Shown here piece by piece: positions 1 to 9,289 of a stretch of 64,000 nt of DNA. The stretch lies in IMG/VR virus record IMGVR_UViG_3300025120_000022. One strand, given 5' to 3'. Below the pieces are notes generated by a model. That model had not been told where the DNA came from, did not search any database, and saw nothing but the letters and a program-made list of their open reading frames with translations. The position numbers and the translations under genes are program-made. Numbering within the stretch: the first letter of the stretch is position 1; each line of letters starts with the position of its first letter. The stretch is from an uncultured virus (IMG/VR IMGVR_UViG_3300025120_000022). Lineage: Duplodnaviria; Heunggongvirae; Uroviricota; Caudoviricetes.

Positions 1-2313
1 GGTGCTGGATATTTGTCATTACAGCGTGGACAAGCTGCTGCAAGTATTAGCACAAATGAAACGCTTGGTCAAATTAATTTTTCGGATAGTTCAGGTTATG
101 ACTATGCAATTATTAAGGGACAATCTGCAGCTGCAGGAGGCACTAATGATTACCCAGGTAAATTAATTTTTGGTACAACTGCTGATGGAGCATCAACAAC
201 GACTGATCGATTAACTATAACTTCCACAGGTAAATTAGAAGCATATAAAGGAACTTCAACAACTGGTAAGACTTCTGGTTCTGAAGCATTTACAGTTGGT
301 AATGGTGCTGGTAATCACAGATTTGCGGTTTACCCTGACGGTACAACTGTTATTGGTGGGACGGGTCTTATTGGAAATTATAATATTTTACTCCAGAATG
401 ATGGTGTGGGAGTTTTTGATAATCAGTTATTGATTGGACTAACTACCGGAGTAGGAATTGGTGGAGTACCTGCTGATCTTAATAGCACTGAGGTAGGTAG
501 AGGTTTCATTAATATAAGTCGTGATGATACAGCAGCTGCTGATCATATTCTGTTTGGAAAAAATGGAAGTATTGCCGCTTCAATGGGTACGGATACAACT
601 AATACTTTAGTTTTTAAGACCGGCACAACAGAAAGACTTCGTATAGATTCTAGTGGAAGAGTTTTACAAGGATTAACTTCTGCAAAATTTGGATTTTTTA
701 ATGATAATAATGCTCCTCCTGTTCATCAGATTCAAGGAGATAATTATTACGACACTGCGTTTTCAATCTTTAGAGATGGTGCCGGTGGCAGTGGACCTAA
801 TTTTATTCTTGCAAAAGGTAGAGGAGCAATAGTTCAAGATAATGATATTCTTGGAGTTATTTCTTTCCAAGGTCATGATGGCACAACAGAACTAATAGAA
901 GGTGCGAAAATATTTGCTGAGGTTGGTGGAACTCCAGGCAGTAACAATATGCCTACTGACCTTGTATTTAATACAAACAGTGGGACATCAACATCAACAG
1001 AAAAACTTCGTATAACTGCTACTGGTCAATTACTGGTTAATACAACAACTTCTAGATCTTTTAGCGACAATTCAGGAAATGGTCCAATACCAGCAATTCA
1101 AATAGAGGCAACAAATAGTAGTGCTATAATGAGCATCGTTGCTGCTTCTACAGCAGACTCTCATCGTGCCGGAACTATAAATCTTGGTCGTCATAGAAAC
1201 ACCAATGTTGGTGGAACTCCAACTGTTGTTAACAACGGTGATACACTAGGGGCAGTTTGTTTCTCTGGTGGTGATGGTAGTGACATGCTATCTGTGGCTG
1301 CACATATTCGTGGACTGGTGGATGGAACACCTGGTAGTAATGATATGCCAGGTGCTCTATCATTTTCAACAACACCTGACGGATCGTCAAGTCCATATAA
1401 TCAAGAAAGAATGCGTATAAAATCCAATGGACAAGTTCTTGTTGGAAATTATGCTACACACAGTTCTATTCATGGTAACCTTGAAGTTAATGGTAATGAC
1501 GGAATTAATATATCAAATGCAACTAGAACAGGAACTAATGGAGCACAGTGGAGATTAATTCCAAATAGTGGCGGTAGTAATACTCATGCTGCAACCAATT
1601 TAAGACTTTATGAGGGTGCTGGGGGAGTTGAAGTTCTTAATATACAAAAAACTGGCCAGGTTATGATTGGCCACAATGAGTTGATTTCTCATCCTAATAT
1701 GGATGATTTACAGATTGGAGACGCCAATGGAAACAGAGGTCTTACTATTTGTAGTGGAACCGGTGCTTTCGGATCGGTATGTTTCGGAGATAGTGTAGAT
1801 GGATCTGGTACTGATAGATATGAAGGATTTATTGAGTATTATCATAATGATAATAGTTTGAGACTAGGCACCGCTCATACTGAAAGACTTCGTATAACTT
1901 CTACTGGTACGTTAGTTCATACTGGTGGACACCAAAATAATAGTGGTGGTTCTAATCTTGCACCCGGAACTTATTATAGAATAAATGCTCAGTTTACCAT
2001 ACCGCAAAATTCAACAAAAACATTAACCTTTACTGGATTAGCAACTGGTTGGATGACAATAAGAATAGGTGGTTATGGTAATGCTGGATCACAAGCTATA
2101 AATTGTATGTATGAACTTGGTGGTTATATGACAGCAACTTATACATATGATGTTCATACAGTTCGTCAATGGGCCCGAGTTGGTAGTATTTCGACAGGTA
2201 AAAATGCGAGTAATTTTACTGTAACTCTTCCTGGTGGTGGTAATGTTTCTGGTTGCGTAACTTGGATTACTGTTGAAGGTAATAATGGCGGTATTGCTGT
2301 AAATTCAAATTAA
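1..2313 (+). CDS. Tail fibre-like protein, 5'-truncated by the window edge
   Basis: Frame +1 is open from base 1 (GAGYLSLQRG...). Gly/Ser/Thr/Asn-rich with repeated (T)E(R/K)LRI(T/D)SxG modules and MPG/YPGxLxFxT motifs typical of cyanomyovirus fibres. Confidence 0.85.
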   Translation, partial: GAGYLSLQRGQAAASISTNETLGQINFSDSSGYDYAIIKGQSAAAGGTNDYPGKLIFGTTADGASTTTDRLTITSTGKLEAYKGTSTTGKTSGSEAFTVGNGAGNHRFAVYPDGTTVIGGTGLIGNYNILLQNDGVGVFDNQLLIGLTTGVGIGGVPADLNSTEVGRGFINISRDDTAAADHILFGKNGSIAASMGTDTTNTLVFKTGTTERLRIDSSGRVLQGLTSAKFGFFNDNNAPPVHQIQGDNYYDTAFSIFRDGAGGSGPNFILAKGRGAIVQDNDILGVISFQGHDGTTELIEGAKIFAEVGGTPGSNNMPTDLVFNTNSGTSTSTEKLRITATGQLLVNTTTSRSFSDNSGNGPIPAIQIEATNSSAIMSIVAASTADSHRAGTINLGRHRNTNVGGTPTVVNNGDTLGAVCFSGGDGSDMLSVAAHIRGLVDGTPGSNDMPGALSFSTTPDGSSSPYNQERMRIKSNGQVLVGNYATHSSIHGNLEVNGNDGINISNATRTGTNGAQWRLIPNSGGSNTHAATNLRLYEGAGGVEVLNIQKTGQVMIGHNELISHPNMDDLQIGDANGNRGLTICSGTGAFGSVCFGDSVDGSGTDRYEGFIEYYHNDNSLRLGTAHTERLRITSTGTLVHTGGHQNNSGGSNLAPGTYYRINAQFTIPQNSTKTLTFTGLATGWMTIRIGGYGNAGSQAINCMYELGGYMTATYTYDVHTVRQWARVGSISTGKNASNFTVTLPGGGNVSGCVTWITVEGNNGGIAVNSN

Positions 2314-2538
2314 AACATATCTGTATCAAGAGTAAAGGATGCTATGAAGACTGAGTTGGTGATGAATGAAGATGGTAAAGAACAATTTGATGAGAATGGA
2401 GAAATTATTTCGAGAGAAGTAATCGATCCACAGAGTGTTGACTATAGTAAATTATCCACACTAACTATTGCAGCACTACAAGAGGCAATTGGAGAGATTG
2501 AAACTCTTAAACAACGTTTAACAGACGCAGGACTCTGA
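2314..2538 (+). pseudogene. Orphan C-terminal fragment of a peptidase S74-type intramolecular chaperone/coiled coil (ATG at 2344)
   Basis: In frame with the upstream fibre after its TAA. Reads SVSRVKDAM...IDPQSVDYSKL...AALQEAIGEIETLKQRLTDAGL. Lacks the SDxxLKxNI N-terminal motif. Ends identically to the 2566-7161 protein. Confidence 0.6.
2515..2538 (+). repeat. 24-bp direct repeat, copy 1 (CGTTTAACAGACGCAGGACTCTGA)
   Basis: Identical to 7138-7161. Confidence 0.95.
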
Positions 2539-2544
2539 TAAATA
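2538..2544 (+). promoter_or_regulatory. T4-type late promoter (ATAAATA)
   Basis: ATAAATA about 20 nt upstream of the fibre ATG at 2566. Confidence 0.7.
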
Positions 2545-2565
2545 CTAAAAAATAGTAGTAGTAAA

Positions 2566-5500
2566 ATGCCCTATATTGGTCAGCGTCCTGCAACTGGTGA
2601 AGCAAATAGTTTCAAAATACTAGATGAAATCTCATCATATACTCTGACTTTTGATGGGTCAAGTGCTGGTATCGTTTCTGTTGCTAACGACACGATTACA
2701 GAGCGTGAGCATCGCTTTGTAACAGGACAGAGGGTAACCTATAATGATGGTGGTGGAACTGCTATTACAGGTCTTTCTGATGGCGTATACTACATTATTG
2801 TAGAAGATAGGCATACATTCAAACTTGCGAGTAGTGCGAATAATGCTGCTGCTGGAACAGCAATCAACCTTACAGGAGTAGGTGTAGGTGCATCTCATAC
2901 ACTTAATGTTGCTTTTGATGGTGTAAATACAAAGTTCAAGGCAACAATTAACAACGGAACTAAGGCAGGTATCTCACAGTCTGGTCAGTTGATGCTGTCC
3001 ATTAATGGTGTCTTACAAGAACCACACGATAATACAGATTCACCTTCAACAGGATACGCAGCAGATCATACCTCTACGATTATATTTTCTGCTGCTCCTG
3101 CTTCTACCGATCAATTCTTTGGAAGATTGATTGCGACTAATGCACCAACTTTTGATATCTCGGACAATATAGTAGATAACTTTACTGGGGATGGTAGTAC
3201 TTCTACATTCACTCTCTCAAAGACTCCACCGAACAATGAGAGCGTTTTAGTTACGATTGATGGTGTTGTACAATATCCTGACGATACATCTGCTGTAAGA
3301 GCATATACTGTTGCTGAAAATATTTTATCTTTTGTATCAGCACCTGGTCTTGCCGTAGAGATTCAAGTCAGACATATTGGTTTTGCTGGTGCATCAAGTG
3401 CCGGTATTACTGGGTTCTATGGTAGAACTGGTAATGCAGCATTGAAGAGCACTGATAACATTGTATTGAACAATGCAACTGCTTCTGGTACTGTTCAGGC
3501 AGCAAATGTAACAGTTACTGGTAACCTTACAGTTAATGGTACAACTACTACATTAGACACAGATTTGATTGGTGTTGATAAGTTAGAAGTAGCAGCAAAT
3601 AATACTACTGTTGCTGCTGCTATCACTCAAACTGGTACAGGAGATATTTTAAATCTTTATGATGGTTCCACTGAAGTCTTTAGCGTTGCTGATGGTGGAA
3701 CTGCTACATTTGCAAGTAGAGTAAATGTTGGTGCAAATGATTTAAATAACAGAGCAGTCAATGCAATTAACGCATCTACAACAGTTGGAGCTGTTAGTGC
3801 TAATAATCATCATGCTAGTGGAATTCTTTTCCAAGGATATAATGCAAGTGTAGATGCTAATCTTGCTAGTTTTGTTGTTACATCAGACGGTTCGACTGGT
3901 ATTGGAACTCATACTCCAGCAAGAAAGTTGCACGTAAATGGAACTTCACAATTTCAAGATTACGTTTATGGAAATTCAATACATAACATCTTATACGTTG
4001 CCGATGATTTAGCACTATCTGCAACTAAAAAATTATACTTTGATGCCGGTAGCAACACTTACATACATGAACCCTCTGGCGATCAACTTGCAATAGTAAC
4101 AGGCGGAACAGAAAAACTTCGTATAGATTCAAGTGGTCGATTGCTTTTGGGATCTAGTTCTACTATTTTTGATAATAATTTTGGTATTGGTATGCTGCAA
4201 GTAACCAATAAAACTGGTTATCAGCATGTTTTAATTTCTGGTCATAGTGCTGCTGCATCAAATGCAACTTGTTTGAGTGTAGGTAGATCAAGGGGAACAC
4301 AAGCATCGCCTGGATATTTGTCCTCCGGTGATCATATAGCACGTTTTAGTGCGACTTCATATAACGGAGGCAATTATCAATCATCAGGAGCAATTGATTT
4401 CTTTGCAGCTGATCAGCACGCTTCTGGTGATTTACCTGGATATATTAGTTTTAAGACTGTTCCTGATGGATCAACAACATTAACAGAAAGACTTCGTATA
4501 ACTTCTGATGGTAAATTACTGGTTGGATCTATTGTTGAGAATGGTTCAGAAGGCATATCAGATAAAGGTTTAGTTGTAACTTCAGATGGTGAAAATACTT
4601 TAAAGTTACTTGACTCTACGTCTTATGCTACAAATGTTGGTGCTTCTATTCTTCTTGGTGGTAACTACAGATCAAGTGGTGATACACAACCGTTTGTAAG
4701 ATTAAAATCTTTTAAAGAAAACTCAACGGATAATAATTTTGGTTATGGGTTTTCGATATCTACAAATGCTAACGGTGGATCTATAACAGAAAGACTTCGT
4801 ATAGATTCTAATGGTAAAGTTGGTATCAATCAGGTAACGCCAACTGCATTTATGCATGTTAAGTCTGGGGCAAATAATGGAACAGTAATTTCAACGTTTG
4901 AAGGAGCAACTAATAACAAGTTAGATGTAAAATTTATTTCCACTGGACCAGCAATAAATGTTACGGCAGGTGATCCACTTGTTTTTGAAATGTCTGGAAG
5001 TGAAAAACTTCGTATAACTTCTGGTGGTCAAGTTCTTATTAATGATACATCTCTAGGAAATAATAGAGCAGATGCACCTCTACAAATTGAAACTGGATCA
5101 AGTGGAAACTGTTTAAACCTTAGAACAAGATCTAGTGACGATGTTTATTCTTATATTAACTTCCAGAACAATGCGGCTACTCAAACTGCAGCAGAAATAT
5201 ATCTAGCGCGTAATGCATCAAACAATGCGGGGAACTTAGTCTTCGGAACTGCTAATCCTAACTCTTCTGTCCCACAGCAGCGCATGATGATCAGTTCAGG
5301 TGGTGCGACATCGTTGCATGTCAATAGTGCATCTCACGAAACATTTAGATTTACTACTCAGGCATTAAACGAAGCAAAACTCATAATGCAGGATGCTTCT
5401 GGTAATAGTGATATCGTATTAAACACTGGTGGAGATTCGTGGTTTAATGGTGGTGATGTTGGCATCGGAAATGGTAATCCAATATTTAAACTAGATGTCG

Positions 5501-7161
5501 TTGATGGTGGTGGTGGAGCAAACACTGGAGCAAATGTAAACAATCCTGATGCTTTAAGTGTAACTGGAACTAATAGAACCTTAACTGGTGGTGGAGCAAA
5601 TCTTTTTGTTAATAGCAATAGTGATGTGGCAGCAAACACTGGGGGACAAATTGCACTTTCTGGAAGACATGTATCTAGTTCTACCAATAGTATGGTACAC
5701 GCTACCATAAAGGGTGCGAAGGAAACTGCAGTTTCTACTAACGCTAATAGTTATCTTGCTTTTGGCGTATCTAATCATAATGTTGGTGGATTAGTAGAAA
5801 GAGTTCGTATAGATTCTGGTGGTAATTTTGGCATTGGAACGATTGATCCGTCAAATGCGCGTTTAATGGTAGTAGACGGAATCACAACAACATTTGGTAA
5901 CGCTCCTTTAGCTATATTTGGTTCAGGATTTGCTGCTGGATATTACTCTACGATCGGATTTGGACCTACAAACGCTTCTTATACAGTTCCACCCTCTGGA
6001 ATTGGTCATGTAGCAACGTCACAAACCAATGGCGGATTTGGCGATTTAGTATTTGGCACAAGAAACGTAACTACAAACACATCACCAACAGTAAGACTTC
6101 GTATAACTTCTGGTGGTTTTGTAAATATCGGCGGAAACCTTACTCAAACCAGTTACACTGCTCAAGTTACCAGAATTGGTGGTAACACTGATGTGATGCA
6201 GATAAAGGGAAACACTGGCAATTCCTTTATTAGATTTACTGATACTAATGCATCATCTGATTATTCTCTTGGCGCTGATGATGCCCAAAGTAATGGATTT
6301 ATCTTATATGATCGTAATGCTAGTGCATATAGGTTAGTTGTAACTTCTGCTGGTAGAGTTGGTATCAATGAAAGTGCTCCAGGAGCTCAATTAACAGTAA
6401 AACGTGCCAATACAGCAACGTCAGGATTGAACGGTGTTCTTAAACTAAAACAGGGTAGTGCCACAAATGGTAATAGCGCTTCCATGCTCTTTAGTTCATT
6501 AGATGACTTTGATGTAGCAGCAGTTAATGGAGTTATTGAGACCCATTCAGGTTCAGTGTCAAATAATGAGGGACGCCTTGAGTTTTGGACAAAACATGCT
6601 GGTTCTGCTATCGCTGTTAAAGGGAAGTTTGATTCCGAGGGAAGTTTTTTCAACTTCACTACAAATCATGGAATATACACTGAATCATCTGTAGGTAGTG
6701 GTACTTCAAAATATTTGTACAGAGCAGCACACTCTAGTGGTTCTACTATCGTCTTTAATGTCTGGTCTAATGGTACAACTGAAAACACCACTGGAACTAT
6801 GGGGACAGTTTCTGATGAGAGTTTGAAAGAAAACATTGTTGATGCTGGATCTCAATGGGCAGACATCAAAGCAGTGAAATTTCGTAAATTTAACTTTAAA
6901 GAAGAGACAGGATATGAAACTCATACACAACTTGGTGTCATTGCTCAAGAGTTGGAAGCAACAAGTCCTGGATTGATATATGAAGTTACTGAAGATGATG
7001 GAAGAGTAATTAAAAGAGTTAAATCTTCTATTTTAACTAACAAGGCATTAGTAGCACTTCAAGAAGCAATGACTCGTATTGAAACCCTTGAGACACAAAA
7101 TGCTGACCTGTTGACAAAAGTTACTGCACTTGAACAGCGTTTAACAGACGCAGGACTCTGA
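2566..7161 (+). CDS. Long tail fibre protein with C-terminal peptidase S74 chaperone domain
   Basis: MPYIG N-terminus, an HxFxTGxxVxY module, FTGDGSTSTFTLS and repeated ERLRI modules. C-terminal SDESLKENI...LGVIAQELE...ALQEAM coiled coil. Confidence 0.9.
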   Translation: MPYIGQRPATGEANSFKILDEISSYTLTFDGSSAGIVSVANDTITEREHRFVTGQRVTYNDGGGTAITGLSDGVYYIIVEDRHTFKLASSANNAAAGTAINLTGVGVGASHTLNVAFDGVNTKFKATINNGTKAGISQSGQLMLSINGVLQEPHDNTDSPSTGYAADHTSTIIFSAAPASTDQFFGRLIATNAPTFDISDNIVDNFTGDGSTSTFTLSKTPPNNESVLVTIDGVVQYPDDTSAVRAYTVAENILSFVSAPGLAVEIQVRHIGFAGASSAGITGFYGRTGNAALKSTDNIVLNNATASGTVQAANVTVTGNLTVNGTTTTLDTDLIGVDKLEVAANNTTVAAAITQTGTGDILNLYDGSTEVFSVADGGTATFASRVNVGANDLNNRAVNAINASTTVGAVSANNHHASGILFQGYNASVDANLASFVVTSDGSTGIGTHTPARKLHVNGTSQFQDYVYGNSIHNILYVADDLALSATKKLYFDAGSNTYIHEPSGDQLAIVTGGTEKLRIDSSGRLLLGSSSTIFDNNFGIGMLQVTNKTGYQHVLISGHSAAASNATCLSVGRSRGTQASPGYLSSGDHIARFSATSYNGGNYQSSGAIDFFAADQHASGDLPGYISFKTVPDGSTTLTERLRITSDGKLLVGSIVENGSEGISDKGLVVTSDGENTLKLLDSTSYATNVGASILLGGNYRSSGDTQPFVRLKSFKENSTDNNFGYGFSISTNANGGSITERLRIDSNGKVGINQVTPTAFMHVKSGANNGTVISTFEGATNNKLDVKFISTGPAINVTAGDPLVFEMSGSEKLRITSGGQVLINDTSLGNNRADAPLQIETGSSGNCLNLRTRSSDDVYSYINFQNNAATQTAAEIYLARNASNNAGNLVFGTANPNSSVPQQRMMISSGGATSLHVNSASHETFRFTTQALNEAKLIMQDASGNSDIVLNTGGDSWFNGGDVGIGNGNPIFKLDVVDGGGGANTGANVNNPDALSVTGTNRTLTGGGANLFVNSNSDVAANTGGQIALSGRHVSSSTNSMVHATIKGAKETAVSTNANSYLAFGVSNHNVGGLVERVRIDSGGNFGIGTIDPSNARLMVVDGITTTFGNAPLAIFGSGFAAGYYSTIGFGPTNASYTVPPSGIGHVATSQTNGGFGDLVFGTRNVTTNTSPTVRLRITSGGFVNIGGNLTQTSYTAQVTRIGGNTDVMQIKGNTGNSFIRFTDTNASSDYSLGADDAQSNGFILYDRNASAYRLVVTSAGRVGINESAPGAQLTVKRANTATSGLNGVLKLKQGSATNGNSASMLFSSLDDFDVAAVNGVIETHSGSVSNNEGRLEFWTKHAGSAIAVKGKFDSEGSFFNFTTNHGIYTESSVGSGTSKYLYRAAHSSGSTIVFNVWSNGTTENTTGTMGTVSDESLKENIVDAGSQWADIKAVKFRKFNFKEETGYETHTQLGVIAQELEATSPGLIYEVTEDDGRVIKRVKSSILTNKALVALQEAMTRIETLETQNADLLTKVTALEQRLTDAGL
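7138..7161 (+). repeat. 24-bp direct repeat, copy 2
   Basis: Identical to 2515-2538. Confidence 0.95.
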
Positions 7162-7311
7162 ATCATCCTGCTTGAGTTTCTGAACTAATCTATCAGCAAG
7201 TGCTTCCATCCTTTCTGGGTGAACTGCTGTAATACCTGATTCTTCAATAGCAATCTTCATACTCTGTTCTTCATTCTTGGTCAGTTTCTTGCCTTTGGAT
7301 GGAAGAGTCAT
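7141..7311 (-). CDS. Small hypothetical protein (56 aa, MTLPSKGKKLTKNEEQSMKIAIEESGITAVHPERMEALADRLVQKLK...)
   Basis: Manual translation, below the ORF-track cutoff. Has its own leftward promoter and a protein-like amphipathic composition. Confidence 0.65.
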   Translation of the reverse strand: MTLPSKGKKLTKNEEQSMKIAIEESGITAVHPERMEALADRLVQKLKQDDSESCVC

Positions 7312-7387
7312 AGTCTTCAATGAATGTGAGTATATTCTAACATATCTATAATAAAACTGTGGTTATTTAATGGTTTTTTCCGTATTA

Positions 7388-7448
7388 AGTATACATTAGT
7401 CACAGAAATAAGTCAACACTTGACAAGAACTCAAATACCCAGTAGAAT
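7388..7448. promoter_or_regulatory. Back-to-back divergent sigma70-type promoters
   Basis: + strand TTGACA(7420)-17 nt-TAGAAT(7443). - strand TTGACT(7416-7411)-17 nt-TATACT(7393-7388). Confidence 0.75.
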
Positions 7449-7519
7449 AACTCTGTTAGGGTTCATAGGGATGGCTTAGCTACTTTTAAGAAATAAATAA
7501 TACTGTATGAAATATACGT

Positions 7520-7834
7520 ATGCTATCGACAAAGTATAGACTTCGACTGGAATTCATTTGTAAATGTATTGCAAATGGGGAGGAAGTAAAACTAGATGAT
7601 ATGGTCTGGGCACAGAAACTTGCTAAAGCAAATACAACAGCAAATGAGATGTTGAAGATGGCAAGGAGACAATCATCACAAGATATTCAAGAGGGGACTA
7701 TCGATGATTTCATGAATAGGATGGGTTTAGGAGATCCAGATCCATCCAATCATAAGAAGGGATTTAATAGTGCTGATGATATTAAGGACTGGTTTCAACA
7801 GGACCGCAGTGAAGATTGGAGGCAAAGAGATTGA
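7520..7834 (+). CDS. Conserved cyanophage hypothetical protein
   Basis: 104-aa ORF (MLSTKYRLRLEFIC...MGLGDPDPSNH...DWRQRD) with an ATAAATA late motif at ~7493. Confidence 0.8.
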   Translation: MLSTKYRLRLEFICKCIANGEEVKLDDMVWAQKLAKANTTANEMLKMARRQSSQDIQEGTIDDFMNRMGLGDPDPSNHKKGFNSADDIKDWFQQDRSEDWRQRD

Positions 7835-8130
7835 GTAGTAAAATGATGTTCCTGGTTGATACTGGGAACGGCAGATGTGTCAGTCACGACGGATATATAC
7901 AATTGGGGAGTTTCTCTCATACTGTAGAGAAACATCTTGAGTTATGTCCTGAACAAGAATGGCAGGTAACATACTGGATGCCTGATCCATTCCGTATTAG
8001 ATATCCAAGACCCAACTATCAACATACTATGAAGAAGAACGAAGGTTCTCCTAAGACTGATAATGCTAATGATAGTCGTCCAAGAGACTTCCCAGATCAA
8101 GCAGAAAATCGATTAGAGAGAACACTGTAA
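7831..8130 (+). CDS. Hypothetical protein
   Basis: ORF coupled to the previous stop. Start is uncertain (TTG 7831 or ATG 7843). Confidence 0.75.
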   Translation: MSSKMMFLVDTGNGRCVSHDGYIQLGSFSHTVEKHLELCPEQEWQVTYWMPDPFRIRYPRPNYQHTMKKNEGSPKTDNANDSRPRDFPDQAENRLERTL

Positions 8131-8140
8131 GGAGTTACCC

Positions 8141-8377
8141 ATGGGTCCAATAGTTTTATATTCAAACGGAAATCAAGAGTGTGAGAGAGCAAAGACACTT
8201 TTAGAATCTTTGCATGTTCAGATACAAGAATACAAACTTAATAATCATTTTACTGAAAGATCATTTGTTTCTGAATTTGGTGAAGAAGCAGAGTATCCAC
8301 AGATTGCTATTGGATACAAACATGTTGGTGGATTAAAAGATACATTGCATTTCTTCAAGGATAGAAATCTGATATGA
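8141..8377 (+). CDS. Glutaredoxin-like protein with a single active-site Cys
   Basis: VLYS...QECERAK, YPQI and HVGG motifs of the Grx fold. AGGAG SD upstream. Confidence 0.75.
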   Translation: MGPIVLYSNGNQECERAKTLLESLHVQIQEYKLNNHFTERSFVSEFGEEAEYPQIAIGYKHVGGLKDTLHFFKDRNLI

Positions 8378-8583
8378 AACCAGCAATTCTGATTGCCTGT
8401 TTATCACCGATTATTATTATTTGGATCGTAATGAAACTTGCTTTATGGTTGTATGTAACCGAGGAGGAACGAGAGTATGTCTCAAAAGAGAAGTTCCGAA
8501 AGCGAGGAAAATTTGTGGAAAATCCATATGCAGACGTTGATGAAAAGGAAGAAGAATATGGAAATAGAACGGATTATAGATGA
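8374..8583 (+). CDS. Small membrane-anchored hypothetical protein
   Basis: Hydrophobic N-terminus, acidic tail, ATGA coupling. Confidence 0.7.
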   Translation: MKPAILIACLSPIIIIWIVMKLALWLYVTEEEREYVSKEKFRKRGKFVENPYADVDEKEEEYGNRTDYR

Positions 8584-8707
8584 TGTTTTGTATAAATATT
8601 ATACAATCGAACTAGGAAAACCTGTTCCAAACTGGAAATCTTGCAGGAATCCTGACTGGTGGATAGAGTACCTTACCCAATTAGGAATAGATCCCAAGAA
8701 TCCATGA
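8558..8707 (+). CDS. Hypothetical protein
   Basis: MEIERIIDDVLYKYY...WWIEYL; probable start at ATG 8558. Confidence 0.6.
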   Translation: MEIERIIDDVLYKYYTIELGKPVPNWKSCRNPDWWIEYLTQLGIDPKNP

Positions 8708-8892
8708 ATGAAGAAGGATATATGGTTCAACTGTCTATAGATGACGTTAACCTACTGCATCATTGTGTCAAAGAAACTTTAAAGTATTGGCCCGGAGCAC
8801 CTGCTAGACCTGCTGAAGAGCAAGAACATCTGTGGTATTTGAGAGATGCAATGTATCGTATGGTATTAGAAACCAAATTTAATAACTCTTGA
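8704..8892 (+). CDS. Hypothetical protein
   Basis: ATGA-coupled; WPGAPARPAEEQEHL motif. Confidence 0.7.
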   Translation: MNEEGYMVQLSIDDVNLLHHCVKETLKYWPGAPARPAEEQEHLWYLRDAMYRMVLETKFNNS

Positions 8893-8917
8893 CATATAAA
8901 TCCTAATACAGTAGAAT
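8889..8917 (+). promoter_or_regulatory. sigma70-type promoter
   Basis: TTGACA-17 nt-TAGAAT. Confidence 0.75.
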
Positions 8918-8941
8918 ACAACTGTGGTAGTTTAGGAACAA

Positions 8942-9124
8942 ATGAAGAAGTCAAAGACAAAATTAAGAGCACAAATTAAGTCAAAATTCTATTACATTTT
9001 CTGGGGAATTGCGACTGTATCTGTGGTTTTAGGACAAGTATATGTTGGAACTGGATATCGTCAAATGAGCACCAATGTGAATCGTTTAACTGGAATGCTT
9101 GTGACTTTACTTGATGTAGTTTAG
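8942..9124 (+). CDS. Small membrane protein
   Basis: Basic N-terminus followed by one TM-like segment. Confidence 0.65.
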   Translation: MKKSKTKLRAQIKSKFYYIFWGIATVSVVLGQVYVGTGYRQMSTNVNRLTGMLVTLLDVV

Positions 9125-9289
9125 GGAGGCATTGTAGGGGCACACAGAGCAGTATTATGGGTCATATTGCATCCCACACCGATACATTGTTATAAATAAT
9201 AACAGCAGTGTATATCTCTTTACATTATCCTGCTACAAGAATTATCTGGAAGAGCACTCAGAGTTAGTGCCACCAAACATTTTAACATT

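Larger units (their letters stand above)
636..6105 (+). repeat. Dispersed intragenic repeat ACTTCGTATA at fibre module junctions
   Basis: Exact copies start at 636, 1005, 1887, 4116, 4491, 4794, 5007 and 6096. Variants start at 1410 and 5802. Usual context is GAAA(G/A)ACTTCGTATA(AC/GA)TTC. Confidence 0.9.

Noticed and set aside
636..6105. ACTTCGTATA matches 10 of the 13 bp of the loxP arm (ATAACTTCGTATA)
   Set aside because: There is no inverted second arm or 8-bp spacer and no Cre-like gene in the window. It is not called a lox site; the repeat is reported on its own merits.
1..7161. Diversity-generating retroelement acting on the fibres
   Set aside because: No reverse transcriptase and no TR/VR pair differing only at adenines were seen.
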